Assembly (NCBI GenBank): GCA_031282905.1
Contig: JAITCV010000049.1
Coordinates: 1 to 43,919, forward strand
DNA length: 43,919 nt
Direction of reading: 5' to 3'
DNA from: Azoarcus sp.
Lineage (GTDB): Bacteria > Pseudomonadota > Gammaproteobacteria > Burkholderiales > Rhodocyclaceae
Under the pieces are notes generated by a model. It did not search any database, had not been told where the DNA came from, and saw only the letters and a list, made by a program, of their open reading frames with translations. Both the position numbers and the translations under genes were made by a program. Positions 26,715-36,399 of the stretch are shown in pieces. Position 1 is the first letter of the stretch, and the number at the start of each line of letters is the position of its first letter.

Positions 26715-28385
26715 ATGTACCACTACGATGCGGCTGACAACATTCATCGACCCGATCATCTCGCCGAATTCGCCTACAAGGATGTGGGCAATACCGAGGA
26801 ACATCTATATCGGCTGATGCGCGGCGTCCAGGATAAGAGTATTCACTCCGCCGAAATCCGCTGCGGCGTCATCGACTGGCCAACCTATTACCATCTCACG
26901 CCGCAGCGCGCCAATATCGTCCGCCCCTTCCGGGAACATCTCCAGCGCAGCAACATTCTCGAACTGGGCGCGGGTTGCGGCGCGATCACCCGTTATCTCG
27001 GCGAACAGGGCGCGCGCGTCACCGCTCTCGAAGGCAGCCAGGCACGGGCAAGAATCATTGGCGCACGTTGCGCCGACCTGCCCAATGTCCGGATATATTG
27101 CGACCGGATCCAGGATTTCAGCCTGGACGAAAAATTCGACGTGGTCACCCTCATCGGCGTACTCGAATACGCCCAGGTCTATCTGGTAGATGACGATCCG
27201 GTCGATGCGCTCCTGCGCCACGCGCGCGCCTTCCTCAAACCCGATGGCATCCTGCTCCTCGCCATCGAAAACCAGCTTGGCCTGAAATATTTTTCCGCCG
27301 CCCCGGAAGATCACCTCGGACGGGCGATGATCGGCATCAACGACACCTATGGCAAGGACACGCCGATTACCTTTGGCCGCCGGGAACTGACGGATCGCCT
27401 GCGCCGCGGCGGTTTTGCCACCACCGCGCTCTACCTGCCCTTTCCCGACTACAAGACCCCGGCCTGCGTGATCCATCCTGCGGGTTACGACCTCGACCAC
27501 GTTCCCGCGGACTGGAACCTGGGCACGCTGCTCTCCGGCATGGTGGCCCATGACAGCAGAAACGCCTCCCGCCCCACCTTCTCGCTTGAAATGGCCTGGC
27601 CGCTCATCGCGCGCAATGGTCTCGCCGCCGATTTCGCCAATTCCTTCCTGTTCGTGTGCAACCAGGGCGGGGAAATACCACGGCTTTCCGGCCACGACCA
27701 TATCCTGGCCGTTCATTACGGCAGCGACCGTCCATTCGAATTGGGCAAGGAAACGCGCTTCGTGGTGGAAAACGATGTAATTACTGTCCACACCCGCAGG
27801 AATACCGCGGACAGCGATGAATTCGAATGTGAAGCCTACGAGCCGGGCTTATCGTGGTTCGACGTCCTGCTGCGCATCGTCAACCGGCCGGGATGGGGCG
27901 TGGACGAATTGCTCGACTGGTGCACGCCGTGGAAAAGGGAATTGGAAAAAATCGCCGCGAGCAATCCGGATATCGGCACCGAACCCGCATTTTCCCATTT
28001 CGCCACCCAGCTTCCGGGTCATTATCTCGACGCGGTTCCCGCCAACTGGATCATTCACCCTGATGGCAGCGCCGCGTTCATCGATCTCGAATGGGCCATT
28101 CCCTTTCCCCTGCCGCTGGAGTTCATCGTCTTTCGCGGTCTGTTTCTCACGCTGCAACGCGTAACCAGTTGCGCGCCACCCAAGCAGGAAATACCACTCA
28201 ATCTCGGTCATCTCACCATGACCCTGCTCAAACATCTCGACATCGATATCGCCCCCGGCGATATCGACAACTTCCTCATCCTGTACAACAATTTCCATAA
28301 CATTACCGTGGGAAATCCGGAAGGAACCTTCAATAGAGCAACCCACGCGCTCGAAATCTCCACCCTCCCCATCCGTCTGATCTGA
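26715..28385 (+). CDS. class I SAM methyltransferase with a C-terminal kinase-like region, glycan-modification type
   Basis: WPTYYHL...RANI.RP, LELGAGCGAITRYLGE, TLIGVLEYA, AIENQLGLKYF, FPDYK; later YLDAVPAN...FIDLEW. Confidence 0.75.
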   Translation: MYHYDAADNIHRPDHLAEFAYKDVGNTEEHLYRLMRGVQDKSIHSAEIRCGVIDWPTYYHLTPQRANIVRPFREHLQRSNILELGAGCGAITRYLGEQGARVTALEGSQARARIIGARCADLPNVRIYCDRIQDFSLDEKFDVVTLIGVLEYAQVYLVDDDPVDALLRHARAFLKPDGILLLAIENQLGLKYFSAAPEDHLGRAMIGINDTYGKDTPITFGRRELTDRLRRGGFATTALYLPFPDYKTPACVIHPAGYDLDHVPADWNLGTLLSGMVAHDSRNASRPTFSLEMAWPLIARNGLAADFANSFLFVCNQGGEIPRLSGHDHILAVHYGSDRPFELGKETRFVVENDVITVHTRRNTADSDEFECEAYEPGLSWFDVLLRIVNRPGWGVDELLDWCTPWKRELEKIAASNPDIGTEPAFSHFATQLPGHYLDAVPANWIIHPDGSAAFIDLEWAIPFPLPLEFIVFRGLFLTLQRVTSCAPPKQEIPLNLGHLTMTLLKHLDIDIAPGDIDNFLILYNNFHNITVGNPEGTFNRATHALEISTLPIRLI

Positions 28386-28393
28386 GTCATATC

Positions 28394-29728
28394 ATGCTAT
28401 CCGATCTCGATGCCCAATTGCTTCGCGTCCGCCAACATCTGCTGGGTGGCATGCCCCGATCCATCGAGGATCGCGGCGTCTATCACTTCGAGCGCGGGGA
28501 AATCGAAAAAGCCTTCGCCTGCCTGTCCCAGGCCGCCGAATGGCGCAGCCAGGATGCGCGGGTTTATGCCTACCTCGCCTTCATTTGCGCCCGCAAAGGG
28601 CTGGAGCGGGAAGCGGAAGATTTCATCGCCCATGCGCTCAAACTCAATCCCGCACAACAGGCTTATCGCGCCGCACTGGGGGAATCCTTTCTCAAGGCCG
28701 GTCATGCCGCTGCCGCCGCCCACCATCTCCAGCTCGCGCTGGATGCCCAACCGGATATGGTCGCCGCTTATCCGGCATTGGTGGAAAGTCATCGCCGGCT
28801 TCACGATTACGAACGCGCCATCGGCCTGCTGAACCATGCATTGACCTTGAGCCAGAGCAAGAAACAGCAAGATATGTTCCAGGCCATGTTGGCCGAAATT
28901 CATGCTGAAGTAAAGATGCATGCCCACAATCCGCTCTCACTCGAAAAGCGCACCGCGTTATTGCCGTATTGCTCCTCACACGAATTGAATAAATTCGCCA
29001 CACCATCGAACCGAACAAATGACCGGATCTGGCAATATTGGGGACAAGGTGAAAATGCCGGCGATATGCCCGCAATCGTTCGCGCCTGCCTCATCTCGGT
29101 CAAACGCCATGCCGGAAATCGGCAAGTAGTCGTTCTCGACGACAGCACACTTGATGATTACGTCCAGGTTCCAGCCTGCATCCGCAAATTCCAATACACC
29201 GACCGCACCCATTTTTCCGACTGGCTGCGGGTCGCCCTGCTCGAACGATATGGCGGCACCTGGATCGACGCGACCGTTTTCCTCAGCGGCCCGATCGATG
29301 ACAAAATATTGCACGCGGATTTCTTTGCCTTCAGCCGTCCCGATCTTTTCCTGTTGTCGAACTGGTTTCTTCATGCCGTGCCTCACCACCCGCTCATTGA
29401 AGGACTCAAGTTTTCTCTGGAGCAGTACTGGGAAAACAACACCACTATAATAGATTATTTTCTATTTCATTTTCTTTTCGAAGCGCTCACGACATTACAT
29501 CCGCGGTTGCACCAACAATGGCTGGATGCGCCCCGCATCAGCTTTTCGAATGCGCATGAAATGGGTCGAATCCTGGCGGAAAAATTCGACCCGCAAAAAT
29601 TCGCCGATATCACCGCGCGCTCGAATATCCACAAACTCAGCTACAAGCGCGACAACAACAACCCCAACAACCCACCTTGCCAGACTTTCCATGATTTTTT
29701 TGCGGCGTTGGGAGAAAAAAGCCAATGA
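28394..29728 (+). CDS. TPR-repeat protein fused to a capsular polysaccharide synthesis (GT32-like, DxD-type) glycosyltransferase domain
   Basis: N-terminal TPR-like helices (AL.LNP....YRAALG); IWQYWGQG...P.IV.AC..S, FSDWLRVALLERYGGTWIDATV, SNWF, DYFLFH, IHKLSYK. Confidence 0.82.
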   Translation: MLSDLDAQLLRVRQHLLGGMPRSIEDRGVYHFERGEIEKAFACLSQAAEWRSQDARVYAYLAFICARKGLEREAEDFIAHALKLNPAQQAYRAALGESFLKAGHAAAAAHHLQLALDAQPDMVAAYPALVESHRRLHDYERAIGLLNHALTLSQSKKQQDMFQAMLAEIHAEVKMHAHNPLSLEKRTALLPYCSSHELNKFATPSNRTNDRIWQYWGQGENAGDMPAIVRACLISVKRHAGNRQVVVLDDSTLDDYVQVPACIRKFQYTDRTHFSDWLRVALLERYGGTWIDATVFLSGPIDDKILHADFFAFSRPDLFLLSNWFLHAVPHHPLIEGLKFSLEQYWENNTTIIDYFLFHFLFEALTTLHPRLHQQWLDAPRISFSNAHEMGRILAEKFDPQKFADITARSNIHKLSYKRDNNNPNNPPCQTFHDFFAALGEKSQ

Positions 29729-29792
29729 TCATCGCGGAAGGGCTGCGCGCGCGCCTGCTTGGCCGCGATGCACCCTACCCTTTTTGAGCGAC

Positions 29793-30638
29793 TCATGGCA
29801 AATACTGCTCCACCTTGTAACCTTTGTCCCGTAAAAGCTTCAGCAAGCCGTCGTTGCCGACGAGATGCGCGAACCCCACGATCACGAATTCAGTCTTTTT
29901 CGTTTTCAGGAAGCGCTCCAGCTTGGGGAGCCAGGCATGGTTCCGCTGGGTGAGCAGGCGCTCATATATCAGCGGAGATTGTGTCTTCAGTTCTTCAATG
30001 TAATTTTCCAGCAATGTCATTTTGCCCTGCCTCCACTCATCGACGTATCCATCGAGCTGGAAAAGCCTGTCCCAATCATCCAGCATCGATTCCACGACAT
30101 CGTTCTGATCGATATCGTCGAACAAGACCAGTCCGGTTTCAAGACTTTCCAAGGCAAAGCGCCTTTTTCCAGCTTGCCTTGCCCTGGAAAAATAATGATC
30201 ATCAATGCCAAGCTTGACAAAGCCCAGTTGTTCAAGTTGTTTGACTTCAAGCATCATGACGGCCATGAATGGCTTGAATTTAAGAAAAAGCTCATTCGTC
30301 AGGCCAAGTTCGCTGCCTTTCTGGATCAGGCTCTCGTATATTTCGGGGCGTAATTCCGTCTTCAGGGTTTTGCCCGCTGGCAGATACATGCGTTGCAGCG
30401 CTTTCAGCGCTTTCACGCTGAACAGATCCAGGTCTGATTCAAACGCAACGGCATCCGATTTTTCAAAGGCCAGATCGAACTCCCTGGGCAATGGGTAGTC
30501 CGCTTCTCTCAATACATGCCAACTTCCGGCAAGATAGATGGTCTTGTCGCCATTGCTGATTTTCCAGACCGCCGATTGCGCAAATGCTTGTGTGCCGCAA
30601 AGAAACGCGAGGCACAGCAAAAGCAGTATTCTCTTCAT
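29793..30638 (-). CDS. TraB/GumN family protein (signal peptide)
   Basis: Signal peptide, VWKI.....IYL.GS.H, LGID, LE..E, RN.AW, VG.AHLVG..GLL.LL...GY; lower GC. Confidence 0.88.
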   Translation of the reverse strand: MKRILLLLCLAFLCGTQAFAQSAVWKISNGDKTIYLAGSWHVLREADYPLPREFDLAFEKSDAVAFESDLDLFSVKALKALQRMYLPAGKTLKTELRPEIYESLIQKGSELGLTNELFLKFKPFMAVMMLEVKQLEQLGFVKLGIDDHYFSRARQAGKRRFALESLETGLVLFDDIDQNDVVESMLDDWDRLFQLDGYVDEWRQGKMTLLENYIEELKTQSPLIYERLLTQRNHAWLPKLERFLKTKKTEFVIVGFAHLVGNDGLLKLLRDKGYKVEQYLP

Positions 30639-30865
30639 TTTGTGTTCTCCACACAGAAACGTCCCCACGCCAATACCTGAGCGCCGGATTCAGGTATTGG
30701 CCGATGCCAGCCAGCCAAGCCGTGTTCGAGCAAGCAAGCGGCGGATTCCAGCATGTGATATTTCCGGCAAATCATGGCAAAAATGATATCTTACGACAAA
30801 GCCGGGGCAAGCATGCATGTCCAGTCTCATCACGGCGTTCCATCACATCATTTCGCAGCCCTGCC

Positions 30866-31654
30866 ATGTCCTCTCTCACCATTACTCCCCTGCCCTTTGC
30901 CCGCGATAACTACATCTGGCTCATCGACGATGGGCGGCAAGCTGTATTTGTCGATCCCGGCGAGGCCGCGCCAGTCATCGCAGTGCTGGATGAACGCGCT
31001 TTGATACCGCTCGCCATCCTGCTTACCCATCATCATGACGATCATACCGGCGGCGTGGCCGCCATCCTTGCGCGCTATCCGGGGCTTCCTGTTCATGGCC
31101 CGCGCAAGGAAGACATTCCCGGCGTGGATCATCCGGTCGACGATGGCGACAGGATCGTCATCCCCGGATTCGGGATGGATTTCATCGTGCTCGGCGTGGC
31201 CGCGCATACTCGTGGGCACATCGCCTATCTGGGCGTGGAGCCGCTGGTCAAACTGGCGCTGTTTTGCGGCGACGCGCTGTTTTCGGCAGGTTGCGGGCGG
31301 CTGTTCGAAGGCACGGTCACCGATCTGGAACACGCGCTCGACCGCCTCGCCCGTTTGCCGCCCAACACCTTGGTGTATTGCGCGCATGAATATACCCTGG
31401 CCAATCTCGCTTTTTCCCATGCGGTGGAGCCGAAAAACACCGCGCGTGACAGTTATGAAGCACGCTGCCTGAGACTGCGCGCCGAGGGCCGTCCCACCTT
31501 GCCGAGCACGATTGCCACCGAACTCGACATCAACCCTTTTTTGCGCTGCATGGAAAGAAGCATACGCAACGCCATCGACATGGGTACCGGCAACCGCCCG
31601 GCCAATGCGCGCGCTTGTCTTGCCGCGTTGCGGGCCTGGAAAGACAAGTTTTGA
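30866..31654 (+). CDS. gloB: hydroxyacylglutathione hydrolase (glyoxalase II)
   Basis: DNYIW, VDPG, THHHDDHTGG, HTRGH, FCGDALFSAGCGRLFEG, CAHEYT, NPFLR, LRAWKD. Confidence 0.96.
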   Translation: MSSLTITPLPFARDNYIWLIDDGRQAVFVDPGEAAPVIAVLDERALIPLAILLTHHHDDHTGGVAAILARYPGLPVHGPRKEDIPGVDHPVDDGDRIVIPGFGMDFIVLGVAAHTRGHIAYLGVEPLVKLALFCGDALFSAGCGRLFEGTVTDLEHALDRLARLPPNTLVYCAHEYTLANLAFSHAVEPKNTARDSYEARCLRLRAEGRPTLPSTIATELDINPFLRCMERSIRNAIDMGTGNRPANARACLAALRAWKDKF

Positions 31655-31721
31655 GTGATCGGACGAAGGCAGAGCGCGGAGGAACAAGCGGCAAAAGCCG
31701 CGCTCACTTGTTCTGTCCGGG

Positions 31722-32714
31722 CTATCTGGGGAGGGTGGGAGAAATACCGGCGCCGACGACGCGGATGACGCCGCGCGCGGCTTGTACCTGATTGCGGCCG
31801 GATTCCTTGGCGCAATAGAGCGCGTCATCGGCGGCCTTGATCAGCGCCGAGATGCCGCCTTCGCTGCCGCGCGGCGGAATGATGCTCGCCACCCCCACGC
31901 TGATCGTCACCACCGTGGCCGCGACCGACCACGAATGACTGATTCCCAGCGCCTGCACTTCCGCGCGCATGGTCTCCGCCACCATCAATGCGCCGTCGAG
32001 CATGGTATCGGACAAGATGGCGGCGAACTCTTCACCGCCATAGCGCGCGACCAGATCGTCGGGACGGCGTGAATCGTTCTTCAGCACGCGCGCCACCGCC
32101 TTGAGACATTCATCGCCCATCTGGTGACCGTAGTGATCGTTGAATGCCTTGAATGAATCGACATCCAGGATGAGCAGCGACAGCGGCAGCGCCGCGCGCG
32201 AGCAGCGCCGCCATTCGCGCAGCAGGGTCTCGTCGAAACAACGCCGGTTGGCGATGCCGGTCAAGCCATCGACCGCGGACAGGCGCTGTAGCTCGCGGTT
32301 GGCTTCGTCGAGCTTGCGGGTGAGCACGAGCAGGGATTCGCGCATTTGCGCCAACCTTCGCATCGCGCTGACCTTGGCGCGCAACACGATCTCGGAGACG
32401 GGCTTGATCAGGTAATCGTCGCCGCCGATCTCGATGGCGCGTTGCAGATCGTTATCGTCCGCCTGCGCGGTCAGGAAGATGATCGGCGTCCAGTTGCCAT
32501 CCTGTTCGAACTGGCGAATGCAGTGGGCGACATCAAACCCATCCATTCCCGGCATGATGATGTCGAGCAACACCAGATCCGGGCGTTCGCGTTTGAACAT
32601 TTCCAGCCCGCTGGCGCCATCCCGCGCGTGCAAGGCGGTGAGGCCCATGCGGGTAAGCTGACCGCACACCACGTGCGCGCTGGTAACAGTGTCCTCGATG
32701 ACCAGTACTTTCAT
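31722..32714 (-). CDS. response regulator with diguanylate cyclase (REC-GGDEF) domain
   Basis: REC (VIED, LLDIIMP, FLT, KP), DGLTGIANRR, RPDD I-site, RYGGEEF active site. Confidence 0.93.
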   Translation of the reverse strand: MKVLVIEDTVTSAHVVCGQLTRMGLTALHARDGASGLEMFKRERPDLVLLDIIMPGMDGFDVAHCIRQFEQDGNWTPIIFLTAQADDNDLQRAIEIGGDDYLIKPVSEIVLRAKVSAMRRLAQMRESLLVLTRKLDEANRELQRLSAVDGLTGIANRRCFDETLLREWRRCSRAALPLSLLILDVDSFKAFNDHYGHQMGDECLKAVARVLKNDSRRPDDLVARYGGEEFAAILSDTMLDGALMVAETMRAEVQALGISHSWSVAATVVTISVGVASIIPPRGSEGGISALIKAADDALYCAKESGRNQVQAARGVIRVVGAGISPTLPR

Positions 32715-32791
32715 GCCGGGTAAAATTTGCTTGCAAGTCCATGATTCTAGCACAGACATTCTGTATCAATTTCTTCCGTGTGGGTGAAGAT

Positions 32792-32821
32792 TTGACGCCA
32801 AGGCTATCGCGCCGATAGAAT
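32792..32821 (+). promoter_or_regulatory. candidate sigma70 promoter of mltD
   Basis: TTGACG-N18-TAGAAT. Confidence 0.55.
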
Positions 32822-32983
32822 CATTCGATTTGCCGGATGATGAGAATCCCCGGTCATCCTGCCCCAAGCTTACTCCTGCCCGGGTCACCCTGTTCCCAAG
32901 TTCGAGGATTCCCGTTGACGCCTTGCACGCCTCGTTCCCTGTGTTCTCCCGATCCCGCCATCGGCGGGAATTGCGCTCGGCCC

Positions 32984-34408
32984 GTGTTCAAGGTTCCGGC
33001 TTTATACGCGTTGCTTCTTTTTCTTGCCGCATGCATCTTCGCCCCCGCCCTTGTCCACGCCGGGGAAGCCGAGGCCAGCGCCGATTTCAGTCACATTCCG
33101 TTGCCGAGCAGCGTGCCCGCGCCCGGGATCGACACCGCCACCATCTCCACCCGGATACTCACTCTCGATCTCACCCGCGATGCCGACGATATATGGGATC
33201 GAATCCGTCGCGGCTTCGCCATGCCCGACCTCGTAAACGAGCGGGTTTCCGAACAGCAACTCGTCTATCTCAACCGTCCGCCTTTCCTGAAGCAAGTGCT
33301 GGTCCGCGGCTCGCGTTATCTCTACTACATCGTAGACGAGCTCGAACGGCGCGGCATGCCTACCGAATTGGCGCTGCTGCCGATGGTGGAGAGCAATTAC
33401 AATCCGCTCGCTCTGTCACGCGCCCAGGCTTCCGGTCTGTGGCAATTCATCCCGTCGACCGGGCGCAGTTACAAGCTGACCCAGGATCACTGGGTCGATG
33501 AGCGCCGCGATGTCATCGCCTCGACCGACGCCGCCCTCGATTATCTGCAAAGCCTCTACAACATGTACGGTGACTGGCAACTCGCGCTGGCCTCCTACAA
33601 CTGGGGCGAAGGTTCGGTCAGGCAGGCGCTGGAACGCAACCGCGCGCAGGGCATCTCCACCGAATATGACGCGCTCTCCATGCCCGCCGAAACGCGCAAT
33701 TACATCCCCAAACTACAGGCGATCAAGAACATCATCGCCACGCCCGAACTCTTCCACCTCGAGCTGCCCTACGTCGCCAACGAACAGCTCTTCTCCACTG
33801 TCGACGCCCCGACCGGCATCGACCTGGCCACCGCGGCCCGTTTCGCCGACATGTCGATCGAGGAATTTCTCGCCTTCAATCCCGGCTACAACCGTCCGGT
33901 GATTACCACGCCCGGCCAGACCCTGCTCGTCCCCGCCGACCGTGCCGAACAGTTCAAGGCCCGGCTGGACGAATTCAAGCCTTCCGGCAAAAGCTGGCGC
34001 AGCCACACGCTCGCCCAGGGCGAAAACCTCGAAACCGTGGCCAGCCGCCATGGCCTCACCATGCCCCAGTTGCGCCAACTCAACGGACTGGCCCCAAACA
34101 GCAAGGTCGCGCCGGGCTATCCGTTACTGGTACCCAATGGCATCGAGCCTGACAATGCGCTCGCGGTAAGCCGTTTACTCCCTGCCACCGCCAATGCGCG
34201 ACTGGGAAACAGTCCCACCATCCGTTTGAACGGTCGCGCAAGCAAATCCCGAGGCACGACCCGGTCCGTCAAGCCCCGAACCAGGACGCCCGCCAATATC
34301 CGCGCCGTTGCAAAGGCCGTCGTCGGCAAAATCCGACCCAGAGCCAGGGCAACAGCAAAACCCCAGACGCCCAGCGCCTCCCGCGCGCGACGACGCGCTG
34401 ATCCCTGA
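32984..34408 (+). CDS. mltD: membrane-bound lytic murein transglycosylase D (SLT plus LysM); start uncertain
   Basis: IWDRIRRGF, PTELALLPMVES, GLWQFIPSTG, DERRDV, LALASYNWGEG, ETRNYIPKL, LysM repeat, basic low-complexity tail. Confidence 0.88.
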   Translation: MFKVPALYALLLFLAACIFAPALVHAGEAEASADFSHIPLPSSVPAPGIDTATISTRILTLDLTRDADDIWDRIRRGFAMPDLVNERVSEQQLVYLNRPPFLKQVLVRGSRYLYYIVDELERRGMPTELALLPMVESNYNPLALSRAQASGLWQFIPSTGRSYKLTQDHWVDERRDVIASTDAALDYLQSLYNMYGDWQLALASYNWGEGSVRQALERNRAQGISTEYDALSMPAETRNYIPKLQAIKNIIATPELFHLELPYVANEQLFSTVDAPTGIDLATAARFADMSIEEFLAFNPGYNRPVITTPGQTLLVPADRAEQFKARLDEFKPSGKSWRSHTLAQGENLETVASRHGLTMPQLRQLNGLAPNSKVAPGYPLLVPNGIEPDNALAVSRLLPATANARLGNSPTIRLNGRASKSRGTTRSVKPRTRTPANIRAVAKAVVGKIRPRARATAKPQTPSASRARRRADP

Positions 34409-34536
34409 TACCGATGTTGGCAAGCGCCTTGCCGAGCAATGCCAATCGCGTCCAGACCAATGTTCTCGTACAGTGTCGCCGCTGCGATGAAACCTTGCAG
34501 CAAACGGTCGGCATGGAAGCACGGAGAAGCACGAAC

Positions 34537-35016
34537 ATGAAAATCGGCGAATTGGCCAAGGCTGCCAATACTCCGGTGGCGACGATCCGCTATTACGAAC
34601 GCGAGGGGCTGTTGCCGGGCGTGGTGCGCACGGAAGGCAACTACCGCCTCTATGGCGAGGCGCAGCGCGAGCGCCTTGCTTTCATCCGCCATTGCCGGGG
34701 GCTGGATATGACGCTGGACGAAATCCGGCTTCTCCTGCGTTTCAAGGATTCGCCAAACGAAAATTGCGCGCAGGTAAACGCTCTGATCGACGAACATATC
34801 GGCCACGTCAGCGTGCGCATCAAGGAGTTGAACAACCTCGAACGCCAACTCAGGGCCTTGCGGGAGAGCTGCCGCGAAACGCGGGAATCCGGCCAGTGCG
34901 GCATCCTGAACGGACTGTCGGCTTGCCAGGATGGCGAAGCGCCTGCGGGCAAGAGCGGCTCGGCGAACAAGAGCGGCCATATACACGGCGCTCACGGCAT
35001 GAAAAACCCACGATGA
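34537..35016 (+). CDS. cadR: Cd(II)/Pb(II)-responsive MerR family regulator
   Basis: MKIGELA.....V.TIRYYEREGLL....RTEGNYR.Y, FIRHCR.LDMTLDEIR.LL, three conserved Cys (NCAQV, SCRE, QCGIL), His-containing tail. Confidence 0.88.
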   Translation: MKIGELAKAANTPVATIRYYEREGLLPGVVRTEGNYRLYGEAQRERLAFIRHCRGLDMTLDEIRLLLRFKDSPNENCAQVNALIDEHIGHVSVRIKELNNLERQLRALRESCRETRESGQCGILNGLSACQDGEAPAGKSGSANKSGHIHGAHGMKNPR

Positions 35017-35099
35017 AAAAACCATGCCCACCGGGATGGAAGCAACACGGTGTTGCAGGAGCGGTCCGCGGATCGCCCTGTTTTCGTTTCGACATTCTC

Positions 35100-35127
35100 A
35101 TTTGAATTTCCAAATTTGAATTTCCAA
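35100..35127 (+). repeat. exact 14-bp tandem repeat (2 copies) in an AT-rich promoter region
   Basis: ATTTGAATTTCCAA ATTTGAATTTCCAA, preceded by GACATTCTC. Confidence 0.75.
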
Positions 35128-35188
35128 TCCAGGGCAAATGCGGCATAATCCTCCACCGCAATGCCATCACGATAACACGGAGCTTCCC

Positions 35189-35641
35189 ATGAAACGTTTC
35201 CATTCACTTTGCCTTGCCTTGCTCTTTTGTACCCCGCTCGCCCACGCCTGGGATCGTCCGGAAATGGCGAAATACGGCGCGGCCTACTCCGGCCCGGAAT
35301 TATTGTGGGTGTTCGTTGCGCATACCAAGGCCGACGACCATGCTGTTGTCAAGTTGTCGGGCATCAACCATCCGCTCGACAACCATGTTTTCTGGACCGA
35401 AGTGCGCTACCAGCAGGGCCATGCCAACCGCACGACCTATATCGCGCGCGAAAACAATGTCGAGAAAGCGGTGTTTTTCGTCGACGACCATGAGGCCACG
35501 CTCTATTTGCCCAACTGGCGCGGCCAGGAGCACGCCGAAATCAGATTGCATTATTCCCAGGAGAAATCCGCCAAGACCCGGCCCGAGCATCTGGCAACCG
35601 ATTACGAGCGCCAACTCGAGGAAGCTCAGGACAAGCGCTGA
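35189..35641 (+). CDS. hypothetical exported protein
   Basis: Sec signal peptide MKRFHSLCLALLFCTPLAHA; host-like codon usage; GGAG RBS. Confidence 0.8.
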   Translation: MKRFHSLCLALLFCTPLAHAWDRPEMAKYGAAYSGPELLWVFVAHTKADDHAVVKLSGINHPLDNHVFWTEVRYQQGHANRTTYIARENNVEKAVFFVDDHEATLYLPNWRGQEHAEIRLHYSQEKSAKTRPEHLATDYERQLEEAQDKR

Positions 35642-35911
35642 GATTCGATGACAAGTTCACGCTGCCCGCGCCGTCAGGCATCGGCAGCGTTTCCTTCCCG
35701 GATTCCATGACGCGCATTGCCGTTTTGCCGTTTCCATTTTCGGAACACATTGGAACGACGGCAGTGAGACGAGCGCCGCCATTCGATCATCGACCATCGA
35801 CTTTCCCCGACTGTCCCCCGGTTTTTCCTTGAGTCGCCGCCCGGCTTGGGTTATGGTCGGGCTCCGCAGTTTTCCACATGAATAATCCTTGACCATAGGG
35901 CCCATCCCCAC

Positions 35912-36391
35912 ATGCAAACCGAAATCGTCAAAAACAGCGTCGTCACACTCAATTACACCGTGACCGACACCGATGGAACCGTGATCGACGATGGCCAGCA
36001 ACCGCTGGTATATCTGCACGGTGGCCACAACGGCATATTCCCGCGCCTGGAAGAAGCCTTGCATGGCAAGAAGATCGGCGAGCGTTTCCAGATCAAGTTG
36101 CAACCGGACGATGCTTTTGGTGACTATGACGAAAAACTGGTGCGCGTCGAGGATCTGTCGGTATTCCCGGACAATCTCCAGGTCGGCATGGCATTCGAGC
36201 GGATCAGCGACGATGGCGACGATGAACTGCTCTACCGCGTCACCGACATTACCGATGGCAAGGTGGTGGTCGATGGCAACCATGAGCTTGCCGGGATGGC
36301 GCTGGTCTTCGATGTCACCGTGGCCGAAATACGCGCCGCCACCACCGAGGAACTCGCTCACGGCCATGCGTACGACGGCGACGGCCACTGA
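35912..36391 (+). CDS. slyD: FKBP-type peptidyl-prolyl isomerase (SlyD-like)
   Basis: VVTLNY, YLHGG....FP.LEEAL.GK, VDGNHELAG..L.F.V.V..IR.AT.EEL.HGH. Confidence 0.92.
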   Translation: MQTEIVKNSVVTLNYTVTDTDGTVIDDGQQPLVYLHGGHNGIFPRLEEALHGKKIGERFQIKLQPDDAFGDYDEKLVRVEDLSVFPDNLQVGMAFERISDDGDDELLYRVTDITDGKVVVDGNHELAGMALVFDVTVAEIRAATTEELAHGHAYDGDGH

Positions 36392-36399
36392 AAGTAAAC

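Noticed and set aside
952-31654. gloA and gloB as a methylglyoxal detoxification cluster
   Set aside because: They are about 30 kb apart in unrelated operons; co-location is probably chance.
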